In this document: piece by piece, positions 48,532-61,685 of the stretch
How the letters are laid out: every line of letters begins with the position of its first letter
How positions within the stretch are numbered: the first letter of the stretch is position 1
Origin: Fistulifera solaris
Taxonomy: Eukaryota
Length of the DNA: 64,000 bases
NCBI GenBank assembly: GCA_030295235.1
Contig: AP026131.1
Location: forward strand, 1,116,001 to 1,180,000
Direction of reading: 5' to 3'
Program-made: the position numbers and the translations under genes
The notes under the pieces: generated by a model
What the model saw: only the letters and a program-made list of their open reading frames with translations
Database searches by the model: none
Told to the model about the DNA's origin: nothing

Positions 48532-50699
48532 CTAGTTTAGCACAGGCTCGTCTTCCACCCAGAGGCCGTCATGTCGAACAGTCCCATCCGCAAAGGTCTC
48601 CACGCCTTTGCCATGGGCCATCCCATTTAACCATTCACCCTTATAACAACGTCCGTCCTCCCAAGCGCATACTCCGTAGCCTGAATATCGACCGTCTTTC
48701 CAAGAACCTTCGTAACAACCGCCATCTGCAAATGTATACTTGCCTTGGCCTTCTCGTTGACCATTGCAGAATTCGCCCGTATAGATCGCACCATCCGGCC
48801 ACATGAAAGTCCCCGGTCCGTGTCGCTTATCCTCGCGGAACATGCCGTCGTAAACACGTCCGTCGTTCCAAGAATACTTCCCTCGCCCGTGTCTCTGATC
48901 AAATCGATATTCACCGCGATACTCGTCACCATTCGCAAAGGTTGCTTGACCGAACCCGTGCCATCGACCGTGACGCCACTCGCCGTCATAGGTGCGCTGA
49001 TCTTCTTGATACAGCATTTTCCCCGAACCGTGTGGCATCCCCGTCGAACGCAGAATCACACCTGTATAAAAGCCACGATCACCGTAGGGATCAAGAATGC
49101 TTTTATTGACGACATTTTGTCGGTCATCGCCAAATGTCGACGAGGCCACCGTCTGAGCCTGACTAGCGTTGTCGTCGGGAAATGAAACTCCACCCGCCCG
49201 ACGTTTTGGTGGTAATTCATTGCGAGGAGGACTTCTCGCTGGTCGAATCGATACTACCTCTTGTTTCACAGGTTCACTTTCGACGACAGCTTCCGAACTT
49301 TCACCCTTCATGTACAAATCGGCGTCATAGGTTTCATCGAAAGACTGCTCTAACTCCAGCTCTTTCCGGGCATTTTCCATTTCCTGACTATTTTTAAAAT
49401 GCCACGTTTCCATCGCATCCTCCATACCGAAATCCGAAATATTGGAAGGCGTTCGTTTGTGCAAGCTACTTTGTGATTTCTTGTCAATGACCAGCGACTT
49501 GGGGACATCCGGTGAATCCGTATGATTTCGGGTTTCCATGGATGACTCAAAGTCGGGTCGCAAGTCGGGTAGATTGGCGTTTTCCGCGTCGTGAGCACTG
49601 GTCATGCCGGATCCATTAATTATTTCAGGAGAAGTCACTCGCTGATTCGTATTGTTATTCGGAAACGTCGACGGTTGCTTGGTAACATTTGTGGGCGGAA
49701 CGTTCGAAGAGTGATAAATCGGACTTTGCTTCACAGTGTTGGAGGTTGCCGCCGTAGAAGCATTTGCATTGTTGAGCTTGGCGACTACCGCTTGAACGGT
49801 GGAATGTTGTGACGCGTTGGGAACTGGACTCGTCGAAACATTCTTAAAGCGAGTTGTGCCCACCAAGTTCTTTTTCTTGTTTTTATTGGGAGGCAAAGAA
49901 AAGGTATTGTTGGAGTATGCAGTATTCGAAGCCACGGGTGCTTTGCCATTAGCGGGGTTCGTCGCAGTATTCGGATAGCCGGACCAACGTTGTTGCTGTG
50001 GCGGTTGAAACTGCTGCTGATTTTGTGGTGGCTGTACATGCTGCTGATTTTGTTGCAAGTGCTGTTGCTGCTGCCATGCCGCTAGTTTGATTAATTTGAG
50101 CTCTTGTTGCATGCGCTCTTCCTGTTGCGACAACTTCTCCGTCAATAATGCGTTTTCGACTCTTAACTCTTGAATCTGCAGTCTCGCATTCTCTAACTCT
50201 TGTTTCAACGTCAAACATTCCTGTTCTTTTGTACGAGCATCCAATCTTGCATACTTTGCATGCGTTGCAACTGCATTGTCAAAGCATCCAACGAGGAGGG
50301 TGCGAGTGGCGGTGTCATCGCCGGCGTCGGAGGGTTGACAAAGGGAGGAGCGGGCGGATTGGCGGTCGGGCTTTTCGGATGTCGTGGAGGCAAAGCACTG
50401 GGATGACTGTTTTCCGAGGATGGAGGTTTCCATTGTTGCAGCGCGGTTTGCAAATCCGCCAACGATTGCTGGGGCAATTCCTGCAGCTGCTGCCGCACCG
50501 AAGCTTGTTTTTCCTGTAACGCCTGTCGCTGTGCCTGGAAATCGGCTTCGCATTGCTCACAGTAGAGGTGCGGAGTATCGTAAGCACACGAGGGATGTTT
50601 CGGGCACGCGTATTTCTTCGTCTCTTCATTGTAGATCAATGGCACCGTCGCTGACGTTTGATGTGTATTCCATGAATCAACCGTCCATGCGTCTGACAT
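48532..50699 (-). CDS. MORN-repeat protein with N-terminal Cys/His motif and coiled coil; frameshift ~50225
   Basis: YDGEWRHGRWHGFG, YRGEYRFDQRHGRG etc.; start MSDAWTVDSW at 50699; CPKH..C...YCEQC. Confidence 0.85.
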
Positions 50700-51330
50700 C
50701 TTTTCAAGTGTTTCGTTTCTTTGTTTGCTTAAAGAATGAGTGACAAATAAGTTACAATCTAGTGCAAAGGAATGAATGTAAAGCACCGTAATGCTTCCAT
50801 TTCTTGCTGTTGTTGTTTGGCAGATGTGCCGACCGCGACGAGTACCGCGCGCCTCATTTACTGTCACACGTTTCTTTCCCGCCGAGCGTTCCGATTGGTG
50901 GGCGTGCGGACCAAGGTGCGGACGAGAAAACGACTTGGGTCGTGTAAACAGAGAGAACGGAAACGACACTACTTCAAAGACAATAGTAGCCAGCTGTACA
51001 CTAGCCCAATCTGTAAGTTGCTTTACGTCGGCCGACTTCATTGGGATTGATACCATTCAGTACAGTTCAAGTCACACCACGAACCACAAGGGTATCTTCG
51101 AAGATCAAGAAAATTATGGACGCGAGACTTGCGACAACTATAGACTAAGCACAACATTAGACCCTAACAACAGTTTTTTTATTCGAGATTAGAGGGTTAG
51201 TGAACTTGTGATCAGCGGGTCTACCAGCACTATCATATCGCGGATGACAATTACTATTACTTATTAATTTATGCATTCATTTTTAGCTAGCGTTAGCTAG
51301 TTCACGAGATAGAAGGACAGCAAAACCATC

Positions 51331-52664
51331 TCACGACTTGGGTCGTTTCGGAGTTGTGGCGGGAAATAGAAACGACGTCAATTCATTCAAACTGGATTCC
51401 ACTAAAGAAGGCGGCGGTGGAGGTATCGATCGTCCCGAGTCTCCACTTCCCGATCGGCTAGGTGGTCGGTTCCGTGGCATCTTCTCCGACGAAGCGGGTA
51501 ACGAGTCAACCGCCCGTATGTGGGACTTGATTTGAGAGGCCAATGCGGAAGAGGTTCGAACGAGTGCCGCCGGTAGGTGATCGGATCCGGAACGATTCAC
51601 CTTTCGTTGCAGCGGTGCTTTTGTGTTTTCGGTTGTATCTGGTTTCGATGCCGATGGTGGTGCTATCTTTGTTGGTTCCGTCGATTTTCGCTGCGAACTG
51701 ACCTTTTCTGCCTGCGAATCGGTGGGTGCCTCGGACTGCAGACGATGTAACACAGATCGGGCCGTCGCTTGCCACGTAGGTCTGGAAATGGGTTTTTCTG
51801 CGGATTGTTGTTGCGATCGACTTATTTGTTGCTGAGTCGTCGAAGAGGAAAGTTGGCTGGCGGAAGAGTATTCCGTTTTTGTAGGTCGCTCTGGACTTTG
51901 TGGCTCGGCCGAATGAACAGAAGATCCAGAAGTGCTCATAGATCTTTGTGCCTTTCGCAGCGGCAATCGTTCACGACAGGAGGGACATGTGTGTAACAGC
52001 ATCTTTTTCAAATTGGTATTTTCTTGAATCACCTGATTGCGAGAGAGTAGAAGGGAGTTCAAATGCGTTTCCGCTGTTAAATCTACCTGACGAAATTGGT
52101 GAACGCCTCCGTGTTGCGACAGACTGTCCTTTTGCAGTTCATCAATTTGCCGTCGTAATGTATCGTTCTCTACGGTCAATTTCGATAATATTCCCGACGC
52201 TTCCGCTACTTCCTGTTGCAACGAAACAATTTGTAGTTGCAGGTGCTGTATTTTACAGCAGCGTGTAATTTGACAGCAATTAAAGCCTCGGCACAAATGC
52301 GTACGGATTGACGCAACCGGCTCCGTTCATCCATCGGATTCAATTCCGCAAGACCATTCATCACATCTTTGGCTGCTGTCTGCAAATCATTGACAGTTTC
52401 TTGGAATTCGTATTGTATTTGTTGAAAAAGACTTCTCGACTTGGGGTTGACACCATCCCCATCGTCATCCGACAATTGATCCGCCAGTGCTGATTGCCGC
52501 AAAACCACGGGCTGTTGTAGAAACACCCGATGAATGGCTTCGGGTGCATATCGTTCTCGTTCTAAAATACGGGTCGTTCGTCGTTTTTCCTTCTCGGATT
52601 GTTCTAAAATGGTCATCTTTTGCAGTAACACGTTTCCCTGTCTGGAATAGTCGTTCTCTTGCAT
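51331..52664 (-). CDS. Hypothetical coiled-coil protein, frameshifted ~52270
   Basis: ORFs 52206-52703 and 51331-52296; heptad pattern, CPSC motif, S/P-rich tail. Confidence 0.55.
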
Positions 52665-53436
52665 AATTTCTCTGCTGGGCCAACTCGTCTCAGAACAATT
52701 CAAGTAGATTATTGGATAAGCCTTGAAGGAGCCGCTAAAGTTCTATGTTAGCTGGTTTTAAAGATGTTCGACTCTTCGAATTCTTTGCGATGACATATGC
52801 AGGACGACCATCATGCATCGCAAGAAAGACGACGAACTCGACGCGACGCGACGGGCCAGAAAACGTCTTCTTTAACTTATTCTCGTAGACTAAATAAAAG
52901 AGCTCCTAACTACGAAACAAGAAGTTGATGGCTCCGCCGCGCACCTCGGTTTCATTTTGGTTCAAACTTTTCTGTGCTGCATAAGTTTCTATTTTGTGTG
53001 TCGACATTCTAGTTCCATCTACCCTTTGGTGAAGATTTTTAGCTGCACAAAGCTTAACATGGTTCGTCATCCCAACTGACCGGCGGAAAGGCTACAGAGA
53101 GTGTGCAAAGGGGGATACTTTGTTTTATTTTTGATCTTCAGTGTAAGGTGAAGCCAATTACATTCTTTCTTCTTCATTGAAGAGTTCAAGTAGGTGACAT
53201 TCTTGCAGAATAACGAAAGAGCTTCGAATGGAATGAAGAAAGCGTCATGTGCGACGAACACACTGACTTCAAACCATGGAAACAAATCGCGGTTCGCATA
53301 AAATTCGGTTCTCACTGACGGCACACTGCTTGACATGATGTTTCTTCTTCTTTCACAAAATACATGAATTTTCATTGAAGCTCTGTTAGCGTCACATGTC
53401 GACGAGATACAAGATTATTACAGTCACTCTATCGAA

Positions 53437-54828
53437 ATGAGAAAATTTCCTCCCAATTTTCGGTGGGGAACCGCTACGGCGGCGTACCAAATTGAAGGGG
53501 CGGCGCGTCTCGATGGCCGTGGACCGAGTATCTGGGACGCCTTCTCCCATATCCCCGGAAAGATACACGATGGTCACACGGGAGATGTTGCCTGCGATCA
53601 TTATCATCGATACGAAGAAGACATTGCTTTGCTGAAAGACATGGGAGTCAAGTGCTACCGGTTCTCCATTTCGTGGCCTCGCATACTTCCGCAAGGACGG
53701 GGACAGGTCAACGAGAAAGGTGTTGCGTTTTACAACAAGCTCATTGATCTCTTAATAGAGAATGACATCGAACCGTGGGTGACTATCTATCATTGGGACC
53801 TGCCGTTGGCACTGCAGATCGAGATGGACGGCCTGATGAATCCGGCTATTGCAACATGCTTTGCTGATTTTGCTCGGATTTGCTTTGCGCGATTTGGAGA
53901 CAGAATTCGACACTGGATCACTCTGAATGAACCATGGTGCTGCGCCTTATTGGGACACGGCAGTGGAGATTTCGCACCGGGTCGCGAGTCGGATACGGAA
54001 CCGTACGTGGTGGCGCACAATCTTCTGCGGGCCCATGCCTACATGGTGGATGTTTACCGTCGCGAATTTCAGCCGACACAACGTGGAGTGATCGGCATTA
54101 CCAACAACAGCAACTGGTACAGGCCTCTTACGGATTCCGAGGAAGATCGCGCTGCTGCTGAACGGGCATTGGACTTTACGTTGGGTTGGTTTGCGGAACC
54201 CGTGTACTGCGGGTGTTATCCGCAGAGTATGCGCGACCGCATCGGATCCAAGTTGCCAGAGTTTACCGAGGAAGACCGAGCGCTACTGAAAGGATCGTCT
54301 GACTTCTTCGGGCTTAACCATTACAGTACAAACCTAGCCGCAGAACCACCCAGTCCTGGGACGATGGAGAAGAAGGCCCGTATTGGTGGAGGTATCATGG
54401 GAGAACACGGAGTGGATCTTACCGATGATCCGTCATGGAAACAAACCGACATGGGATGGAATATTGTTCCCTGGGGTCTTCGAGAGCTACTTTGTTGGAT
54501 CAGCGAGCGCTACGGCCACCCTCCAATCTATGTGACCGAAAACGGTTGTGCAATGCCCGGCGAGGGCGATCGCGAAGTGGCTTTGAATGACACGGGTCGT
54601 GTGGAATTCTTCAAAGAGTATATAGGAGCCTGTCACGAGGCTATTGAGAGAGGCGCCGATCTGCGAGGGTACATGAGTTGGGGTATGTTGGATAATTTTG
54701 AATGGGAGTACGGAGGAAGCAAACGTTTTGGGTTGATCTGGGTGGATTTCGAAGATCAGGATCGCTATCCCAAGGCGTCATATCACTGGTACTCAAATGT
54801 CTGCAAAAACAACGGCTTGGAAGATTGA
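53437..54828 (+). CDS. GH1 beta-glucosidase, intronless, no signal peptide
   Basis: FRWGTATAAYQIEGA, DVACDHYHRY, YRFSISWPRI, TLNEP, YVTENG, DNFEWEYG. Confidence 0.95.
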   Translation: MRKFPPNFRWGTATAAYQIEGAARLDGRGPSIWDAFSHIPGKIHDGHTGDVACDHYHRYEEDIALLKDMGVKCYRFSISWPRILPQGRGQVNEKGVAFYNKLIDLLIENDIEPWVTIYHWDLPLALQIEMDGLMNPAIATCFADFARICFARFGDRIRHWITLNEPWCCALLGHGSGDFAPGRESDTEPYVVAHNLLRAHAYMVDVYRREFQPTQRGVIGITNNSNWYRPLTDSEEDRAAAERALDFTLGWFAEPVYCGCYPQSMRDRIGSKLPEFTEEDRALLKGSSDFFGLNHYSTNLAAEPPSPGTMEKKARIGGGIMGEHGVDLTDDPSWKQTDMGWNIVPWGLRELLCWISERYGHPPIYVTENGCAMPGEGDREVALNDTGRVEFFKEYIGACHEAIERGADLRGYMSWGMLDNFEWEYGGSKRFGLIWVDFEDQDRYPKASYHWYSNVCKNNGLED

Positions 54829-55120
54829 AGGCGGTGTTTCGCAAGCTGAATCGAAAATTGTTGCTGCTGTTGCGGCAGATATTAGTCCGTCATGGGTGAA
54901 TATAAATCACTTTAAATGTAACATTCATCTTGTTCGAACTATTCACAAACATGACCCTCTAGCTTCGGTTTGACAAAAGCAGTAGTCGAGATAGAGTGAA
55001 TGTGAACAGTCATGAGATGAGCTAACGTTACTCGAAGAGCCGAGACGCTTCGTCAAGTTGCTTTAAGCGCTCTAAACTGCAGATACCCTTCCACGAAAGC
55101 TAACAGCATGCTCGACGCCA

Positions 55121-55824
55121 CTAATTTGGTTGGGAAATGATACCCTGGCGTAAACATCGGATTTCAGCCGCCAAGTTGGATCGGGCTCGCTCTTCGAACA
55201 TCTCCCGAAACAGAGCTGTCTTATAAATGTTCTGCTGTTGCAGAAATGTTTCCAATATATCTGCTCGCTTCTGACAGTAAGTCTCGTGTGGAACATGCGA
55301 ATATTCCTTCTGGATAAGAATCGCGTATCGTTGATAAGCTTCCTCAGTTTTTCCTAAAACGGATAAATCCAAATCCAAAAGAATGCGATTACTGAAGTAT
55401 CTTTCATGTTGGGATCAACGGAATGGTGTGATTTGGTAGCGAGAATCATGTCATCGACCAAAGCATTTGTTTCGAAGGATTGAAACAATGTGACACTGTC
55501 TTCTTCGTTTGTATTCGATGTGGCATCATAAATGGCATCGTGAAAGAAGATCGCCAAAATGACCGCCCGTTGCTGTTCGGCTAGGAACTGCGGACGCAGG
55601 AAATGAAAATAGAGGAGCATTTCTTGTAGATGAACCGCTGTATGGTAATGACGCGCCGGATCCTCCGCTTGTAATTTCCACAACCGGTCAAACCACTCGG
55701 TACAGCATGGCGAATCATCAGCCGGAAAGAGTGCCTGCCATTCCTTCCACAAATAGTCTCTCACTCCCTCCTTTCGGGAATTGAAATCGCCGTTGGACAC
55801 AATGGAAGAGATATCATCTAGCAT
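55121..55824 (-). CDS. HD-superfamily phosphohydrolase (COG4339-like), frameshift ~55380
   Basis: RHYHTAVH, FFHDAIYD, NEEDS, ILATKSH, DLDLSVLG, IQKEYSHV. Confidence 0.85.
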
Positions 55825-56425
55825 GAGACGTTATGTTTCGCGGTTAAGAAGCGAACGCAAGTATAAGAATGTTCATGCGGGCCGCTGTTTATGGTTCATC
55901 ATTGTCACGCACGTCGCAAAAACGTGCAAAAGCGGATTCATTCATCTAAAGCGATTAGGGTTCAGAGTCAGCGTAATTCTAAGTAAGTTAACGCGATATT
56001 GGAATATTCCTCATAGTTCTACAAGTATATTATTACATGCTGGATCTGCTGAAAATGTATTTCGTCTATTTCAAAATCAAAGCAGCTTGCTAGCCTATCA
56101 GATGTTACCTGGTAAGCGACAGTCTGCGGATCAAAAATCAAAACACGATAATTCATTCGTGACCCGAATCCAGTCGCGTCAAAAAGTGGCGAATACAACA
56201 ACAATCTCATAAAGCGTTATATCAACTAAATCACTATCCCAGACTGATTTGTAACTCTTAATTAAAGAGATTTAATTGTCGGATCTTGCTGTCTTCGCAA
56301 TAAGAGGTGATACGATCTTCTTTCCTTCGCATTTGCAATTGGGCTGATGAGAGGAGTCGTCGGAATGCGTGGTCAACAAGTTGGGGGTCTCGAAAAATCT
56401 GGAAAATCACCTGACATTTTGATAT

Positions 56426-56723
56426 CCCAAAGGAATTTTACACTGTCTGAAACGTCTGCTTTTTCCGTTAATTCGACATTCGACTTCAGAGTCGAATTAA
56501 TTTTTGTGTAGGATCCAGTAGGTTTTTTACGTGTGCGACATGTTCTTCACCCGTACTTTTCACAGTAACGACAGCCAGACTTTCTGATTTTGCCCTAAAT
56601 GCGGGTGGAATCAAATGTCGCAGACGTAGAAAACCTACTGGAAGCCTACACAAAAATTAATTCGACTTTAAAGTCGAATTAAAAATTAATTCCACTTTAA
56701 AGTAGGGTTAGGATTCCGTTGGG
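56426..56723. mobile_element. MITE (298 bp), short TIR plus internal ~35-bp inverted repeat, flanked by ATAT
   Basis: ATAT|CCCAAAGGAAT ... ATTCCGTTGGG|ATAT; internal ATTCGACTTCAGAGTCGAATTAATTTTTGTGTAGG versus CCTACACAAAAATTAATTCGACTTTAAAGTCGAAT. Confidence 0.75.
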
Positions 56724-57009
56724 ATATCTCAATAGCTTTACAAAGTACCCCGTCAAGTTTTTTTAGTGTGGGGTCCTCATCAGTGTGAGGTAAAAAGAAC
56801 AAATGTTGTGGTCAAGAAGTTGGGGGTGTTGGAAATGTCAGGAAAACTTTTTGTAACTCACCAACGGCACTGTAGAGCCATGAGTAGTGTAAATGGTATA
56901 GGACTACAAAACTACAATATCATTAACCCTAGAGGAATACAATACGTACTCCGTAGGAAAAACTAGGATGATTTATTCGTCGTCCATGATTCGTGTATCA
57001 AACAATTAT

Positions 57010-58967
57010 TTACATGAAAGTGATTGATAGTAGAAGCAACAAACTTGCAATCACACCCGACTGCAAGTAGCTGGCACCCGATCCCTCCGTTGGCGCCGAT
57101 CCTTCCGTGGGGGCCGGCGCTTCTCCCTCGGTGGGAGCAGCCACCGGTGCCTCGGCGTCGCCTACTCTGACGGGTGTGACCATTTTCTCTCCCATGGCGG
57201 TCAAAAATGCACTCCATGAACGGTAATCCGCATTCAAGTTGTAAGCCTCGCTTTCCCATTCGGTGAAGCCGTGATCGACACCGGACCATCGACTGATTTC
57301 CCATTCGGCTGTACCGTTGTTAAGCATCATTTCAACAAGGGTTTGATTGCCGTGTTGACCATCATTGCCGCCCGACAAAATCATGGTGTACGGAACAATG
57401 GGTCCTTCAATGGCAGGCAAGAGAGATTCTTCGAAGTTGCCATGGAAGGCGCCGACCACTTTCACTCCATCCATACCCATGAACGCATATTGAACGACAC
57501 CGGTTCCTCCAAAGCAGTAACCCATCATGGCAACGTTTTCCGAGTCAACAAAGTCGTATGACTTCACGAGATCGATCGCCGTTTGCATGCGGGACACAAA
57601 CAAGGACACGTTGTCAGCACGATACAGCGACGATTGCTCGATACGAACATCTTGGGACAAGTCAGTTTGCAGATCCGCGCCGTAGATGTCGGCAGCAAAG
57701 GCTACGTAACCGAGTTCGGACAGCAACTTGGCCCGTTCTTGCTCATAGGTGTTGACCTAAACAAGCGAAAAAGAAAATTTAGCTGGTGTCAAAATTGTTC
57801 TTGCACAGAAAAAGTGAATGCTCAATCAGTGTACTTACACCATCCCAGTTCCTGATATAAACACGATAGAAAGAATTGAAAAGAGTTAAAAGCCATCCTG
57901 TTTCAGCCCACTTTAAACCGCTGCAATACTTACGGAATAATGATAACGGCAGGAGAAGGCGTAACATACATGCTAGCATTCGGCTGGGCCAAGTATCCTC
58001 GCAAAGCCTTTCCATCCGTGGCGTCCGTGTAGTCCACCGTTTCCACTCCGTCCACTCCCAGGGGAGAGTATTCGAACGAGGTTTCACCAAAGACTTCCTT
58101 CAAGAACTCCACCATGCTTTCCCAAGAGCGAATATCGGCCCATTCGTTGTAGGCATCACCTCCCCAGACCGTCCAGGCGTGCTCAATTCCCCAGTAGCGT
58201 GTGATTTCCCATAAGTTAGTGGAATTATCAAGAGTCATTTCCAGAGTTTGAATATCACTGGAAGCATCATCGTTGCCACCACTCAAGACGAGTATTTCGG
58301 GTTTGATCATATCACCGCCCTCCATGGTGGAAGACATGTTGCGATGATCAAAGACGTGGGGTCCCAACCCTCCGTGGAATGAAACTACGGCAGCGACATT
58401 GTCATTAATCGAGCTATCATCGATAGCAAACATTAGAACCCCCGAACCACCAAAGCAGTAGCCAACCAACGCAATCTTGGAGCTATCAATTTCTGGCATG
58501 GCCGCCACTTGGTCGACGGCCGCGGCGATGCGCTGCATAAACAAGTCGGGGTTTTCGTTGCGATACGTTCCGGCCAGAGTGCCGCGCATGTCATCCGGCA
58601 CACCCGTCTCGTATTCAGCACCGTAAATGTCGGCGGCAAAACTGGCCCATCCAAGCTCTTGGGCGATCATGGTGGCTCGAAGTTTTTCGTAATCGTCGAC
58701 GTTGTTCCAGTCTCTGTAGGTTTATATAAAACGATAAGTATTCTTTAACAAGTCATTTTCTCAAAAAACAGATACTTACGGGATGATGACAACCGCAGGA
58801 ACCGGAGATTCGGCAGATGCCCCTTCGGGCATGGACAAGAAACCAACCAACGCTGCTCCTTCGGCATCGGCATACTCCATGCGCTCGACCAGCGCTTCCG
58901 CCGGCGGACCCCCTTGAGCGACGATTGTCGGAATCAGAGCAAATAGAAGAGAGGCGACAAATTTCAT
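57010..58967 (-). CDS. Secreted, probably GPI-anchored protein with two dienelactone-hydrolase domains; introns 58714-58779, 57852-57933, 57757-57838
   Basis: Signal MKFVASLLFALIPTIVA; two GYCFGG/SGGND/H sets; APTEG linker; hydrophobic C-terminus. Confidence 0.88.
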
Positions 58968-59646
58968 GGTATCACTTTGCAAGACTTGTCAAATAATAAT
59001 GATTTTGATGTGCAAAATGAACAAAAATGAAGGGTCGTTATGTTCGAATAATGACGTGGATTGGAGCAGACTTCTCCGCCGTCTCTTCGCCGCCATTTGT
59101 TCAGAAATATGTTCTCAATGCTCTATAGTAAAGGAGGGGGTTTTAGGTATTGTACTCTGAATCTTACGTCACGATACAAGATAGTAGATTCAAAATGATG
59201 CACGACGGGCAATCATGACGCACGATCCCTAACCTAAACCCCAAGCGAGGAATCCATTTTATCCCTTGAATGGGACTAAACTACGGTAACTTCTGACTAG
59301 CTGGGTCTACTTATCGTGTAGCTCCGTATCATGTATCATGCATCTCCGTAATGACATCATATTCATCGAAACGGGCGATCAAATCAAAAAAATGCTTTGT
59401 GATTCGAATTGTGAAGGGCGAAGCAGTTTCGTGCAAGAAAATTATTTCCTTGGCGTTGTGTGGATAGAAGATACAGTTGAACTAGGGACTGAAACGCATC
59501 GAGTCTAGAAAAAATAAGTGAAGGCAAGGAATGCAGATCCGGTGTTTCCTCGTTATGGACTCGCTTATGACGAAAGGACTATACGGTGTCTACAAATGAT
59601 TCGAGGCGTTACGAAAGACGGGTGTCTTCCTCTTTAAATACTAAGT

Positions 59647-61685
59647 TTATTGCGTAGCTTCTATTGGAAAAGGTCGTTTCGCCAACATCTCAATACCATC
59701 CGTGGTAGCCAACAATTCGAGGTAATCATTAGGCTCTATTTTGACACCTCGACCTTCCTCCATGTAAGAGGAAAGTACAATGAATTTCTCCGCAGCAAGG
59801 TCACGATCTTTCATCTTCTCTTGTGTATCAAAAATTCGTGCTTTTAGATAATACACAAAGGCCAGCTGTCGCGTGTCTTCGCACATTCGGAACAGCTCTT
59901 CGCTTTGATCTAGCGCTCTCAGCGCGGCATTTTGTTTATGTAATTTCAAAAGAGCCTGTGCCATGGTCAAATAAGCGTCCCCTTGTAGCCACACATGTGC
60001 CGACTGCAGCAGATTCGACATGACGGAACGAAGAAGAGTCACAGCCTGAGTGGCGTCGCCCATCATAAAATGAATCTTGGCAAGAACTGCGAGCCCCGAC
60101 GAGTGCAAGCCTTGCATGGCGTGTTGCTGGGAGATGCTTAAACACTCTTCTAGCGGTTTTAGCGCATCTGCAAATCCTCGAGAATGCGAATCAACGGTGT
60201 GAATTGCAATTTGTAATAAAAGTTCGGCTTGCTTAGTGGGTTCCGTTTTGCTCACTAATGCTTTTAGATTCCGTATCGCTTCGTCCCAACGGCCTCGACG
60301 GGCCAATAAAAGACATTTTGCTGTTCCAAATCCATTGACATTTCGTTCTTCGCGTAGATTTGACCTTGCAGTGAAGTAAGCAGTGTTTCCGCATGTGTAA
60401 GTTCTCCTCTCATAATCGACCATTCCAGAGCAATGAGTCCCACATCCACCGCATAGTCCCTTGCAGGTAGCGTTATGTTGTAGGCTTTTTGCAAGGATAG
60501 GATAGTCTCCAAAGCGTTTCCGTAAATACATGGCCTAGGCTGAGAGTCATCCTTTGCAAATAATCCCTCTGAAGTGTTGGTCAACTTCCATGCTCCCGAT
60601 CCAAACATGGTGGTACGAGCCAGGTTCTGTACCAAAATTTGAGCATCCGCGTCACTTATATCATCACGGTGACATTGCAGAGCCGACAGCGATGCCACTC
60701 GGGACAAATCATTGGAGCCGAACGTATCATGGATCCCCGCGGCGACCATTTTCTGTCGTGCGAGAATGTGTCGACAATCGGTGGCGGAATCGGTCAAACG
60801 CGTCGGCTGATAGTCTCCCGATTCTTCCGTTGGAGGCTCGGACGAAGCGCGGATCCAATACGACCATGCGTCTTCCGGTGGATGGGATTGGAGTGCTTGC
60901 AGCGCCAGAGAGAGATTCGCACCCGCCGCCAATGTAGGAAGGTGGGCCTCGGTGGCACGCGCCACGCACCGTTCCATCAAATTTGTTGCTTTCGATGGAG
61001 CGATCTTGGAAAGCCACCCGAGCGCAAACGCCACACACGACGCATCCTGACTCTGTTGTGCGACCCGGACCGCTTCGTCGGTCGCTTGTCGCACCAAGGC
61101 GGGGTCGGTCGGATGATGCATTGCGGCCAATACAATGGAACAAAACGGCAATATATCTTCCGATTCTTGTTGTACCATGTACTGATGCAGTGCATGCACC
61201 GCATCGACGCGTTCCCCCTCGCGCAAGCATTGTTGAAATCGCATCATGTGTTTCGCAGGATCATCTTCGGTAGAGGAGTCCTTGTTCGACACGTGTGGTT
61301 CATCATAAACTTCTCGCCGAAATTCTTCAAACAGAGCCGCCTGTTCATGAAATTCCAAATCCTCGAGTCCTTCACACACCGACCGCAACAACAATCCGTT
61401 CGCACTGTACGCATCGACGGTCCCCATTTGAATCGATTGTTGAATGGTTTGCACTAAATCAAAGAACGCATCGATGGAGCTGGCGGCAATTTCGAGCCAA
61501 TTTTGAAATTGCGGCGGTACAGCTGGTAATAATTGTGCAATGCGGTCGTGGGGGCGCTGCTGTAAGACCCTGTCTTGCAAAACCGCGTCGAGGGAAGCTG
61601 CATCATCGAGTGGCGATTCTTCTTCGCAATGCAATGAAATCAATGCCGCGAGTGCTATTAAATAAGGAGTAGGACGGGTTGTCAT
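59647..61685 (-). CDS. ANAPC5: Anaphase-promoting complex subunit 5, frameshift ~60315
   Basis: N-terminal TPYLIAL, ALHQYM, EAVRVAQQSQDASCVAFALGWL, TPR-like C-terminus ending ...KDRDLAAEKF. Confidence 0.8.

Noticed and set aside
4344..61685. Euplotes-style programmed ribosomal frameshifting
   Set aside because: No common slippery site or direction; BTB copy 1 differs from paralogs by one extra A in a homopolymer
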